Of a stretch of 64,000 nucleotides of DNA, positions 25,364 through 35,550 are shown one piece after another (the first letter of the stretch is position 1; every line of letters begins with the position of its first letter). The stretch lies in the IMG/VR virus record IMGVR_UViG_3300027898_000001. One strand, written 5' to 3'. The notes beneath the pieces are model-generated. The model ran no database searches. It saw only the letters and a list, made by a program, of their open reading frames with translations, and was not told the DNA's origin. The translations under genes and the position numbers were made by a program. Source of the DNA: a virus (taxonomy: Duplodnaviria > Caudoviricetes).

Positions 25364-26953
25364 TTAGTTAGTAGCATTAACAAGACTTTGAGCGAATGTG
25401 ATCTGACCAGTTTTAGGTATGATTGCATTCAAATGGATACGTTTAGCTGGTAGTACAGGGTCAACATACACATCTAATATCAAATCACCATTAGCAATAT
25501 TCTCATTAGAATTGTTGCGATCATCACAAATAATTTCGTAACCGTACAGACCACGGCCACGTTTAATAGGTGCTAGAATACTATCACACAATGCTTTCAT
25601 ACTAATGCGCAAGAAAGTATCGTTAGGTTCATACACACCAACTAGTGAACTGTTTGCGATGCTGGTCTTCAACAAAGAAATCAAGCGACGGACGTTGATG
25701 TTTGATAATGCTGACGCGAACGATTGTAACGTATCAGCGCCCCAAACAACATAACCTTGTCCAGGCATAGAAATCAATGGGTTGATTTGATTGTCTGCAA
25801 ATAAATCACGATGACCTTGTTTGTATGCAACACGAAGACCTTGGACACTCAACTGACTACGTGTAATACCGGCAGGTGCGAACCAAGCAGCGGCTACACG
25901 ATCAGTACGGGCAAACACACCAGCAACATGACCAGAACACGGTATATACAAATTGTTTGCACGATCAGTATCACGTATAAGGATATCTGGAGCATATAAA
26001 GCACCATAAGAAGTGCTTACATTCAAAGTATCTCTACGCCAATTAACAGCGGCTTGTGCATCTTGTTGATCTGAAGGTACGTCTAAGATTGCAAAACAAT
26101 CATCACGTTCCGCAGCAATTTCTAACATACGTTGTTGGACGGTAACATCAGTATAACCGGCATTTATTAACAGGTTAACTGTAAGGTCTTCAACGTCACG
26201 GAACACTTCCCACGCATTAGCAATATCCGAAGTGGTAACCGCAGTTCCGTTATCACCTTGTGTTATACCACCACTTGTCAACGCATTTATTAACACCGCT
26301 TGTTCATTTACTAAGAAACTTGGGTGTTGACGATTAACAAGGACATGAATACGCTTCGACGTTTCTGTCAGATTTTCGATATTCAGTTGCTTACCGAATC
26401 CATCCAATTTATCAAATAGCGTAGCACGATAACTTTCAACTGCAACGGAACTACTACCTTCAAATACGTTCAACACAAAGCCTTGATTGCTTGCGTCGTT
26501 TGTATCAGGATAAATAAGTACACGCAAATTGTTGTTCCAATCGCCCGGATTATCTGCGTAAATCCACATAATATCGTTTGTATCAAAAACAATATCAGCG
26601 GCACTATTAAGTCCTACTGTGAACGGAACAGTTGTGCTGAAATTGTTGACAGTAGCTACTTTAATGCCACCCAATTTAGCGTTGTTTGCAATCCGTACAA
26701 CATACAATTGGCTACTGTCTTCTAAGAATGCAGTGGCACAATAGTGCATGTAAGTGAGTGTGGGATCTGATACACCATATTGTGCGTTCAAATCTGTTTT
26801 ATCTACAACTAAACTCGCTACACCTACGGGACCCTTGTGAGAAGGTCCAACGATAGCACCAATACTGGTCGGAGCTGCTGTAGTTCTTACCGTATCATCG
26901 ACTTCTCCGGTGTACACGCCGGCGCTTGTACTGGAGCCTGAATTTATAGACAT
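25364..26953 (-). CDS. tail sheath protein 1
   Basis: SAGVY...GPVG, WFAPAG, QINP, VWGADT, INVRRL, YEPND, VDPVLPAKRI. Confidence 0.93.
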   Translation of the reverse strand: MSINSGSSTSAGVYTGEVDDTVRTTAAPTSIGAIVGPSHKGPVGVASLVVDKTDLNAQYGVSDPTLTYMHYCATAFLEDSSQLYVVRIANNAKLGGIKVATVNNFSTTVPFTVGLNSAADIVFDTNDIMWIYADNPGDWNNNLRVLIYPDTNDASNQGFVLNVFEGSSSVAVESYRATLFDKLDGFGKQLNIENLTETSKRIHVLVNRQHPSFLVNEQAVLINALTSGGITQGDNGTAVTTSDIANAWEVFRDVEDLTVNLLINAGYTDVTVQQRMLEIAAERDDCFAILDVPSDQQDAQAAVNWRRDTLNVSTSYGALYAPDILIRDTDRANNLYIPCSGHVAGVFARTDRVAAAWFAPAGITRSQLSVQGLRVAYKQGHRDLFADNQINPLISMPGQGYVVWGADTLQSFASALSNINVRRLISLLKTSIANSSLVGVYEPNDTFLRISMKALCDSILAPIKRGRGLYGYEIICDDRNNSNENIANGDLILDVYVDPVLPAKRIHLNAIIPKTGQITFAQSLVNATN

Positions 26954-26991
26954 TTAAAGTCTCCTGTTAGTGACTGGTTTAAATTATCGTA

Positions 26992-28443
26992 TTAAATGTG
27001 TGTTAGACTGCAACGCACAGCTTCCGAACTCAGGCCACTTATTACAATAGACCCATTAAAACTACCATGAAATACAAACAATCCAGTACACAATATAGTG
27101 ATAGTCTGTTGTTGAAATGCAGGTGCGGGCGGTACAGGCGGTACTATAGGTGGAGAAGATGGACTTGAGCCTGTAGGTGGTACAACTGTAGCTACACCCT
27201 TAACAAGCAGACTAGAACCACTATCTGTTGTTATATCAAGATAAGATGCTTGAATAGTATCAGCATACGCTACATTTAACTTGTTATCTCCGCTTACACT
27301 GGCAGCTGACACTAGGTCCAAGGTACCTTCGAATACACCTGTACCTATAACTTTCTCGGTACAGCGGACATATTCAAACTCACCTGTGCGCATATTCGAT
27401 ACGGCAATATCAATATAAATACTACCAGTTAAATCGTAATCGAAAAGAATCACAGGTATTGATGTATCTGGAACTACAGTAGAAGGTAATGTAATTAAAC
27501 CATTCGTATTTGCGTCACTGCGCACTGTAATTGAACCAGATACAGTAGGTGTAGTCGCAGCTTTAGTATCTGTAACTATAACAGATATAATATCATCTAC
27601 TGACACACTAAGAACACCATCATTATCCGCATACGTACTAGTGTTAGCAGCAGTTGGAAAAGAAAGTGCAAATATGCCAGGTGACGTTTCTACTAGAGAA
27701 ACACTTTCCACTTCACCTGTAGTGTTATTAATTATGGTACAAGGATACGTACCGGAACCGGCAAGGTCTACATCTTTAGCTAAAATAGCAATTGGTTTAC
27801 CTACATAAATAAACTGATTGACCTGCAGATCAGTATCAACGAAAGGACTAAACGTAGTTATTTCTACACTAACATCTTCTTGTTGTCCTGATATGTTTAC
27901 GTTGTCATGATATATGATGCGCAATACATCCAGGTGCGAACAATTCATAGTACCATCAAAATCTGTACCCTTTGCTGTGTCGTAAACTGTAGGCAAAGTA
28001 GCACTGAACGTACCATCGAATTGTTTAATTAATTCTAACTGTTCTGTCTCACCCGTGCGTGTGTTGAAAATAACTACACGCACTGTAGGTGTAAGCAAAG
28101 GTAAATCTTTATCTTCTAATCCAATAACAAGACCGTGTCCAGCCGTTATATTGAATACAGTTAATACACCAGTGTAATCAGTAGGTATAACTACAGGTTG
28201 GGGTGTCGCATTGACAGGACCAACTTGTGTTAATGTCACTTCAACTGGAAACATTGAACGTAAACAAAATGCTTTATTAACGAGGTCAATTGTTTTGTTC
28301 TGAGTTGACGTTACGATGAAATCACCGCTATCTAGCGTATCAGAATCTTGCAGCTTCGCACTACAAGTTTGCCTGAAAACGCTTTGTTTTCCTATTTCAT
28401 CTACTTGGTACGAGCGAATCTCACTCAATAATGTTGTGCCCAT
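26992..28443 (-). CDS. structural protein with three internal beta-rich repeats
   Basis: N(T/N/M)xTGExExxxxxE...G(T/I/V)F repeated three times. Confidence 0.65.
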   Translation of the reverse strand: MGTTLLSEIRSYQVDEIGKQSVFRQTCSAKLQDSDTLDSGDFIVTSTQNKTIDLVNKAFCLRSMFPVEVTLTQVGPVNATPQPVVIPTDYTGVLTVFNITAGHGLVIGLEDKDLPLLTPTVRVVIFNTRTGETEQLELIKQFDGTFSATLPTVYDTAKGTDFDGTMNCSHLDVLRIIYHDNVNISGQQEDVSVEITTFSPFVDTDLQVNQFIYVGKPIAILAKDVDLAGSGTYPCTIINNTTGEVESVSLVETSPGIFALSFPTAANTSTYADNDGVLSVSVDDIISVIVTDTKAATTPTVSGSITVRSDANTNGLITLPSTVVPDTSIPVILFDYDLTGSIYIDIAVSNMRTGEFEYVRCTEKVIGTGVFEGTLDLVSAASVSGDNKLNVAYADTIQASYLDITTDSGSSLLVKGVATVVPPTGSSPSSPPIVPPVPPAPAFQQQTITILCTGLFVFHGSFNGSIVISGLSSEAVRCSLTHI

Positions 28444-28445
28444 AC

Positions 28446-29099
28446 TTACTCCGTTTTCGTTTGTACGGAAGATGTAACAGTACCGGCATTATTAATCTTC
28501 GGTACCATTTTAGAAACACCTGCTTTAGTTTGAATTTTAAACGTAAATGTAATATCATAAGCAGCAGGTTTATCTGTAGCTTCCAATGCCGCAGTAGGGA
28601 AGGATATGTCGGGTGAATCGAGATATACGAATACTTGCCAAGGTTCACAGTTCTCAGTAGAACACATAAATGAGAACTTACCCAATGCACTTATGATACC
28701 TATTTTCGGTATCAGTACAAACATATCTTGAATATCATTTGTCAGGTAATGGAATTCAATTGATAGGTTTACAGGAAACATATAATTCTTTGCAAGATAA
28801 GCATTAGTGAATTCGTCAATACTCATGCTGCTGCTATGGCGACCAATAGCCTTTAAGTTACTCTGGTCTGGAATTATTTGAAAACTATTCAGCTTGAACC
28901 AACTATATGGGAAGTTTTCAACATCTTGCCCATTACGTCTTGTGATTTCTGGAGCATCGTGCATCACAAGATACATGTTAGATAAGCCCAAATGCTTCAT
29001 CATGGTACGCTTGAATCCTTCAATCGTTAAATATAACGCTGAGGATTTATCTTGAACTTTACCAAGCATATCAAATTTGTGTGTAGTATCTAGTGTCAT
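28446..29099 (-). CDS. head-tail joining / tail terminator-like protein
   Basis: Position between head and sheath genes; FPVNLSIEFHYLT pattern; weak. Confidence 0.45.
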   Translation of the reverse strand: MTLDTTHKFDMLGKVQDKSSALYLTIEGFKRTMMKHLGLSNMYLVMHDAPEITRRNGQDVENFPYSWFKLNSFQIIPDQSNLKAIGRHSSSMSIDEFTNAYLAKNYMFPVNLSIEFHYLTNDIQDMFVLIPKIGIISALGKFSFMCSTENCEPWQVFVYLDSPDISFPTAALEATDKPAAYDITFTFKIQTKAGVSKMVPKINNAGTVTSSVQTKTE

Positions 29100-29150
29100 A
29101 ATGACATCCAAAAATAAAACCCTCATTTGTTTGACCAAAGAGGGATTGTA

Positions 29151-29594
29151 TTATTTAACTCGTATAGGGCCTGCAGATGCGATTATCAAGTGGGAATCTT
29201 CTTGTTCGTCAAAGGAAGGTGTAGGTGCATAGGGTTCTTGTACACCAAATGCTTCTTCGTTTTCTGCCAATGCTTCAACTACAACATCACCATCATCGAG
29301 CAAACTGCTCTCGGATCTAAATACAGCTTCTACTTCATCCACAATAGCAGATAATTCAGCATTACTGCAAAGACTCTCAATGTAATCGGCTGAGGCTAAA
29401 GATGGGGCTAACGTGTTATCACTTTCACCTGCATTTTTATGTGCAGCATTCTTAATAGGCATGCGATTAACGTAATCGACTAGACTATCCAGACCTTCAG
29501 TTTCCATAGCAGTAGTAAACAACTTAGCAGCACCATCAAATTGTTTTTCTTTATATGCCATGATAGACAGGAGTATTAAATCTTTAGCATTCAT
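29151..29594 (-). CDS. hypothetical virion protein
   Basis: ATG at 29594 after AAGG, downstream of the capsid terminator. Confidence 0.7.
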   Translation of the reverse strand: MNAKDLILLSIMAYKEKQFDGAAKLFTTAMETEGLDSLVDYVNRMPIKNAAHKNAGESDNTLAPSLASADYIESLCSNAELSAIVDEVEAVFRSESSLLDDGDVVVEALAENEEAFGVQEPYAPTPSFDEQEDSHLIIASAGPIRVK

Positions 29595-29611
29595 AAAATG
29601 TACCTTAAATG

Positions 29612-29637
29612 AAAAATGGGGCCGAAGCCCCATTTTT
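29612..29637 (-). terminator. intrinsic terminator ending the capsid+endonuclease transcript
   Basis: AAAAATGGGGC-TTCG-GCCCCATTTTT (UUCG tetraloop on the minus strand). Confidence 0.9.
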
Positions 29638-29717
29638 ATAATCATGCAATACAGTTACCGGGCTTAACCGTACCGTTGATCTTTTAAGACAATTAACACA
29701 CGAAACGATTTCTATGT

Positions 29718-30731
29718 TTACGCAGCTAATAAACTTTTAACATTAGGCTGTAACTGTCGAGCTTCTACAATTAAGTTTTTATCTTTACCGTAGAATCTCT
29801 CTGCCTTTTGTCTAAGTCTACTTTTTAAACTAGGTACATTATAAGTATCGAGGTCACCATTATCCACATAGTTACGAATAATAACACCACACATTACCAT
29901 GAAACTACGAATGCGCTTATCATATAACGATAAAGCCTCATGTTGTTTCTTAATACTGTCCGATATCTTACTATTACGCGCTTTCAATGCTTTAGGATTA
30001 GAACATATTGCTTTAGATATTAGTTCTCCACGAACAGCACGATCTTCTGTACTTGCGGAGTCCCAATAAGCCTTACTCGATTTGGATAACTTCTTACTAA
30101 TTCGTTTACGGTCACTGTCGGTCATTGTAGCGAGGTGGTTGAGTTTAGCTTTCGACAATCTTTTGGAACGTCTACGCAATTCAGCTTTAGTAGCATTCTT
30201 TTGGGCAGCACTAAACTTTATACGCAAGGCTTCACGTTCTTCGTCGGTTCTAGCGGCAGCAGCTTGAGAGATTCGTTTATACCATACAGATTTTATTTCT
30301 TCTGGCATTTCTGCTATAGCTTTACGAATAGCCTTAGCACGTTTATCGACCACTGCTTTTGAATCCTTTCTACCTACTGTACCTTCACCACCATCTGTTA
30401 GATTAGTAAGAGGACCTTCACCTTTTCTACCTATGATACGAACAGCTTGAGACTCTAACTTGAATGCACGATCTTCTGTTAGATTTTCAGCTACTTTAAC
30501 AATTAAATGTCTTTCGCCTGTCTCTTTTAAGATTCGCTTTATTTTGTTAGACTTCCATTTATTGTATCGTGCGGAGGTGTTAGTTGCATCATGATTGAAG
30601 CATCTACTGCCACGACCTTTGCCAACATAAAATGGTTCATAGTCAAAATTAAGCTTACCGCTTTTACCGTAAACAAACTTACCTGGTTTTCTTGTATCTA
30701 ATAAAACATAAACATAGAAATCGTTTCGCAT
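29718..30731 (-). mobile_element. free-standing GIY-YIG homing endonuclease
   Basis: FYVYVL...FYVGKG.GSR...H...E...LTNLTDGGEG catalytic domain plus basic helical repeats; sits between the capsid stop and its terminator. Confidence 0.85.
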
Positions 30732-30732
30732 A

Positions 30733-30818
30733 CTAATTGTCCCTACAACAATTAGATAGAAACTCTGTGCTAGTGTCTAGGGTAACACGGCGGGCCAGCC
30801 TTGTCACACAGAGTTTCT
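30733..30818 (-). promoter_or_regulatory. structured RNA leader of the endonuclease (three-way junction plus RBS hairpin)
   Basis: 12-bp stem 30818-30807/30769-30758 enclosing two sub-hairpins; 8-bp CTAATTGT/ACAATTAG hairpin around the AGGG RBS. Confidence 0.6.
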
Positions 30819-30851
30819 AAATTTTTCAATGGAACTTTACTTCGCCTGATG

Positions 30852-31943
30852 TTATAGGCGTTTTCCCTTCGCAACTGAGCGTGCGTTTGCGAGGACGAAC
30901 GAAAACGGTGAAGTCATATACCAGCCCTTAGTGCTGTTGCCTTGGTTTGCACCAGTGGTAGGAGTAGAACTAATACCACCACGAGTTGAGTATGCTGCAT
31001 GGTTCTCAGGAGAAGCAACAACATAAATCTCACCAGCGTTCAGAACTTTCTGGTTAGCTTGACGGAAAGCATCAGTGATAATGCTCATACCAACAAGAGT
31101 ACCCAATTGACCACTCAACACCAAATCATACTTGGTAATTGGATCAAGGAAAGTTGCGAAGTCGTTTGAGCCGATAATATCAGCCCAGTAATCGTTAGAG
31201 ATAATCGCAGTAGTAACTGGGATGTTCCAACGAGCAACAGCTTGACGCAAGTTACCCAAGTTTTTAGTAGTCAATTCACCAGAAATATATTCAAGGTTGT
31301 TTACTACACCAACAGTACGGTCAGCGGCTTTCTTCCACAAACGGTCTTCTGCAACCATGATGCTTTCCAAACCTTGGTTGTAAGCATTTTCAAGCAAATC
31401 ACCGTTAACTTGTTGCAGGTCAAGGTTCTCAACACGCACGTTAGCAACCAATTCAAACTCGTCAGGAGTAAATACTTTCTGACGAATAGTTTGGTAACCC
31501 ACGTTAGATGCAGAAGTGGCAACAACTGCTTGTGTGTCATAAGATGGCATCGGAACACGAGGCATCTCACCAGTCTTCAATGTTTGACCTTGACAAATAC
31601 GACGCAAGAAACCTTCACGGTCTGCTTGTTCGTTGATTTGACGAGCTAAGCCACTACCAAGAGCTTCCCATTGCATTGGGTCGTTCAAAGCTGCTGCCAA
31701 TACTTCACGGCGTGCAGTTTGTATATCAGCTGGTTGTTGTTGAGCGGATGCTTCAACGATTGAACCAGATGCATAGGCTTGCATCAAGTTACCGATTTGT
31801 TTAATCAAATCGTTTTTATCCGACGCGTTAAACTCTCCGGTACGACCGTCAAGAGCACGAGCCATACCCTTACCAAAACGCAAATCTTCAAGCGGTGCAC
31901 CGGACGCTAATACAAGCTGTGCGTTAGCATATTGATTGTTCAT
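30852..31943 (-). CDS. major capsid protein (HK97 fold)
   Basis: 363 aa; strong GAAGGAG RBS; highly biased codon usage; PDEFELVAN, EDRLW, GQLGTLVGMSIITD; follows scaffold and decoration genes. Confidence 0.85.
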   Translation of the reverse strand: MNNQYANAQLVLASGAPLEDLRFGKGMARALDGRTGEFNASDKNDLIKQIGNLMQAYASGSIVEASAQQQPADIQTARREVLAAALNDPMQWEALGSGLARQINEQADREGFLRRICQGQTLKTGEMPRVPMPSYDTQAVVATSASNVGYQTIRQKVFTPDEFELVANVRVENLDLQQVNGDLLENAYNQGLESIMVAEDRLWKKAADRTVGVVNNLEYISGELTTKNLGNLRQAVARWNIPVTTAIISNDYWADIIGSNDFATFLDPITKYDLVLSGQLGTLVGMSIITDAFRQANQKVLNAGEIYVVASPENHAAYSTRGGISSTPTTGANQGNSTKGWYMTSPFSFVLANARSVAKGKRL

Positions 31944-31981
31944 AAAAGGTAATCTCCTTCAAGATTATTAGTCAAATAGTA

Positions 31982-32668
31982 TTAGCGCAACGTAACTACT
32001 AATGATGGGTTAGCCGCAGAAGGTGCAGACTCTACGATTACGTTCTTCAAAACAGTACCTGGACCTGAAGTGGTCAAAACACCATTTGGACCAAGAACTG
32101 GGTTGAATACACCAGACCAATCAGCAGAAGCATCATAGTAAGAAGTAGCAACATCGCCTTCAACTACCAAACCGATAACACCTTCAGCAGATGAAGACAA
32201 ACCACCTACAGGAGCATTACCACGGAACATAGTTGCTTCAGCAACTGTCAGCGCGTATTGGAATTGAACAACAACTGCACCACCAGCAACGTCAGAATGG
32301 TACGTCAAGTTAAATCCAGAAAGTTGAACTTCACCCGCGTTAGGTGGAGTCGCAACAACATTCAGTTTAACACCGTTAACCTTAACGAGGATTTGACCTG
32401 TTTCTGGAATACGCGGTAATACAGTAACGTAAGGACCAGTTACTGGTACAACATCTTCTACCACAAGATTTGCAAACTGTGGAGGAGTATTACGAGACAA
32501 ACTCAAACCGGCGAAGATTTCACCATCTGCACCTGTAGAAGGAACAACAACAGTAGTGTCACCCTCTTTAACAAATACAGCAGAGATACCTTCATCAACG
32601 AAGATAGCACCGGTTTCAACTGGACGGTGTTCTGTACGGAACACGCGGGAATATTTTTGGTCAATCAT
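31982..32668 (-). CDS. capsid decoration/structural protein
   Basis: Immediately upstream of the capsid gene, same biased codon usage, beta-rich. Confidence 0.6.
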   Translation of the reverse strand: MIDQKYSRVFRTEHRPVETGAIFVDEGISAVFVKEGDTTVVVPSTGADGEIFAGLSLSRNTPPQFANLVVEDVVPVTGPYVTVLPRIPETGQILVKVNGVKLNVVATPPNAGEVQLSGFNLTYHSDVAGGAVVVQFQYALTVAEATMFRGNAPVGGLSSSAEGVIGLVVEGDVATSYYDASADWSGVFNPVLGPNGVLTTSGPGTVLKNVIVESAPSAANPSLVVTLR

Positions 32669-32687
32669 AGCTTAGCTCCAATAAAGG

Positions 32688-34754
32688 TTAGCGATTTCTT
32701 TTTCCGAGTGTTGACAGAACGGCCGTCAGATCGACGGTCTTTGCAACTGGAACGGGTTCAAATGTAGAACTGGCAACAGCCTGCATTGCAGGTTTAGCTT
32801 GTTCCGTTTGTACTGCCTTGCCGATTGGCATAATACCGCTTGATTGCCCTGAAGCGCTCGATACGGCTTCTGTCAATTGATTCTGCACAGAAACATCATA
32901 ACTCATAATGTCTTTTGCTTTGGCAATCATGTTACGGATGTAATCATCATTACCAGATGCAAATGCAGATAGAACCAGCTTGTCAGAATTTTTAACACCC
33001 ATTTGCTCCATGGTAGTAACCAATGTAGCTTTAACTGGGTTTGTAACATCTGCGAAGAATGCGTTGTTAATACCGCGAGCAGCAGTAGCTAAGGCAGCTT
33101 CAAAGCGCGCAGACAAATCTTCACGGTGTTTATTCAAATCAGCAGATGCTGTGGCAACTTGTGCTTCCACTTGGTCTGCAATATTTGTTTGAACGTAAGT
33201 ATCAACATCAATAGATGTGGCTATACCTTTAAAGCCAAACTGTGACAATGCAGTTAAAACACCATCAGTTTGCGCAGATGCTAACACTACATTACCAAAA
33301 GCTGGTGTAGTGAAAATATCTTTGTGTGCAGTATCAACACTACTAGCAATTGCAACTGGCAAATCACCATGGAATGCAATCCACTTAGCGTGACCATTAA
33401 CATTACTTGCGTATGTCATAAATAGGTCAGTGTGTTTCAATTCACCAGCAGTGGCAGCAAAAGCTAATAGGTCAGTAGCTACGGCAGTTTGAGGTGCGGC
33501 AACTTCTTTAATGACTTCAACAACTTTTTCTACTACGACAGGTGCAACTTCGGTAGAGGCAACAGCAGCAGGCGCAGTAAGTGGGTCAACGGCAGTGGCA
33601 TCAGGAGTTGCTACTGAAGACGCTACTGCTTTTTTGGCCTTCTTAACTTTCTTATCTGCTTTCAATTTAACTGCTCCACTTGAAACTGATAATGAGTTAT
33701 CATCGTCCAATTCTGCATCATCTTCCGACTCTTCTTCGGCGTCATCATCTTCGGATTCTTCATCTTCCTCAGATTCTTCATCCTCGTCTTCGTCATCCGA
33801 TTCTTCGTCATCTACTTCATCGTCTTCTGAATCTTCATCCTCGTCTTCTTCGGATTCTTCATCGTCATCATCAGAGGCTGTAACTTTAGCCGACGCATTT
33901 ATATCGGTATCATTCTCATCACCGTTTAAATCGTCTTCGCTTAAATCGTCATCATTCAGATCAACTTCGTCGTATTCAACGTCATCATCTTCAGGATCCA
34001 TTAAACCACTAGAACATGAAGGACAGAACACTGGACGATCTGAACTAGAAACAACATGGTGACCACAAGCATTAGATGCACACACATACATGTGAGCTTT
34101 AAACTTGCCTTCAGCACTTGCTTCTACCTTGAATTCTGGCGCTACTTCAACAGCAGTGGCAGATTCGCTGGTATATGGAGAAAATTTGAAGGTACTACCA
34201 GTATTAGCAACAACTACGTGGTCACCGCAATCGTATGCGGCTGTAACGGTTTGTTGTTCTAGTAGTTTGCGATACTCTGCTACGGCATCAGCAGCAGTGG
34301 CAGCAACAGCAACAATTTCTGTGGTTTTCGCAGTATCTTGGTGAGCAACAGCTTTACTTGCAACATGTGCGTTGATTTGTTCTTCGCTCATATTTGTAAG
34401 TTCAGAAGCGCAAGCAGTACAATGCTTCATTAAATCCGCATCATCCGCAATTACGTGAGAGTCGCAGCTGGTACATACAGTGTAGAAAGCGTTAACTTTA
34501 ACTTCACCAGATGCTGTAGAAACAAACTCCAGCTTTTCAACCACATCTTTTGCTGCTGGTTTAAGATTATTCACACCCGATAAAGGGTTCATTGGAATAA
34601 TCTCGGAATCTGAACTGCTTAGGATCATAAAACTAGCATCCTCGTCTTGCATAGCAGATACAGATACGCCAGTAGCAACTGATTGGTAACGACGCTCGGC
34701 TTCTGCGCGAGTATCACCAGTCACTACGATACCCCGGAGAGTAACGTGTTTCAT
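32688..34754 (-). CDS. prohead core/scaffold-like protein with two zinc ribbons and a long acidic tract
   Basis: CTSC/CTAC and CASNAC/CPSC clusters; roughly 100-aa D/E tract; position between protease and capsid. Confidence 0.6.
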   Translation of the reverse strand: MKHVTLRGIVVTGDTRAEAERRYQSVATGVSVSAMQDEDASFMILSSSDSEIIPMNPLSGVNNLKPAAKDVVEKLEFVSTASGEVKVNAFYTVCTSCDSHVIADDADLMKHCTACASELTNMSEEQINAHVASKAVAHQDTAKTTEIVAVAATAADAVAEYRKLLEQQTVTAAYDCGDHVVVANTGSTFKFSPYTSESATAVEVAPEFKVEASAEGKFKAHMYVCASNACGHHVVSSSDRPVFCPSCSSGLMDPEDDDVEYDEVDLNDDDLSEDDLNGDENDTDINASAKVTASDDDDEESEEDEDEDSEDDEVDDEESDDEDEDEESEEDEESEDDDAEEESEDDAELDDDNSLSVSSGAVKLKADKKVKKAKKAVASSVATPDATAVDPLTAPAAVASTEVAPVVVEKVVEVIKEVAAPQTAVATDLLAFAATAGELKHTDLFMTYASNVNGHAKWIAFHGDLPVAIASSVDTAHKDIFTTPAFGNVVLASAQTDGVLTALSQFGFKGIATSIDVDTYVQTNIADQVEAQVATASADLNKHREDLSARFEAALATAARGINNAFFADVTNPVKATLVTTMEQMGVKNSDKLVLSAFASGNDDYIRNMIAKAKDIMSYDVSVQNQLTEAVSSASGQSSGIMPIGKAVQTEQAKPAMQAVASSTFEPVPVAKTVDLTAVLSTLGKRNR

Positions 34755-34865
34755 AGCGTTTCCTATGTTGGTTAATTATGTGGCATGCCACGTGACTAAC
34801 GCAATAATGTAACAAAATCGCGTATACAATAAATTACAGAAAACAAGAATAATATTCAAAAATAA

Positions 34866-35174
34866 TCAATAATCGTCTTCATCAGAAGATTGAGTTATTT
34901 CACCGCATTTTATACATTGTGTATAGTCTTCGTCTAAAGCACGAAAAAACTCACATCCACACGCACACGCATAAACTTCAAAATCAGCAGAATCTGGCGG
35001 AGGTACTATCTTAAAAGGTACGGTTCGCATAGTATTGCATGTAGGACATGGTATATCCTGTATCTTACCTTCTTCGATTTCCAGTTCAAACTCATGCAAA
35101 CACTCTAAACAAGTGAAAGTAGGTGTAATGTTTTTATTTCTGTAGTGAAACATTGGTATCACATTATCTGTCAT
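34866..35174 (-). CDS. double zinc-ribbon protein
   Basis: CLEC, CPTC, CACGC, CIKC. Confidence 0.7.
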   Translation of the reverse strand: MTDNVIPMFHYRNKNITPTFTCLECLHEFELEIEEGKIQDIPCPTCNTMRTVPFKIVPPPDSADFEVYACACGCEFFRALDEDYTQCIKCGEITQSSDEDDY

Positions 35175-35550
35175 TTGCCGCCTCTATTAGCTTTTTAATC
35201 GAAAATCTAGCTACAACAGGATACGAGTATTGCTGCCCATGTTCCGTGTAATGATAAATATTTGAATTATCTATAAAGCTATTGGAGAATGTATCATTAA
35301 TTATAGAGTTTCCTTCCGCTATAAATGAATGTGAAACATTTATATAATTAACATCTGTATTTGGAGTACCACATACAACTAAAGAGGCTGAACTATCGGG
35401 GTGCTGTCTAATATAAGTGGCAGATGCTGTATGACAATGCGAAAGATTACCGAAATATCCACTCTTTATATCACCTTTAATAGTGTATATCAACTTTCGC
35501 ATAACATTGGGTAACAATGTAACTACGTTGGCGGATACACTAATCTCCAT
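35164..35550 (-). CDS. hypothetical protein
   Basis: ATG at 35550 overlaps the Acb1-like stop. Confidence 0.6.
   Translation of the reverse strand: MEISVSANVVTLLPNVMRKLIYTIKGDIKSGYFGNLSHCHTASATYIRQHPDSSASLVVCGTPNTDVNYINVSHSFIAEGNSIINDTFSNSFIDNSNIYHYTEHGQQYSYPVVARFSIKKLIEAANDR

Noticed and set aside
29645-29715. Twister/pistol-like fragments (TTAAGCCC, CGTTGATC) downstream of the endonuclease
   Set aside because: Only isolated short matches; the required pseudoknot partners are absent.
29640-30860. Group I intron carrying the GIY-YIG gene at the end of the capsid gene
   Set aside because: The candidate P1 (CGCCU/AGGCG) has no U-G splice pair. I found no P7/R/S elements, the flanks are too short for a core, and the capsid ORF ends normally.
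33511-34344. Plus-strand Ser-rich ORFs (183 aa and neighbours)
   Set aside because: Antisense shadows of the Asp/Glu tract codons in the scaffold gene; no RBS.
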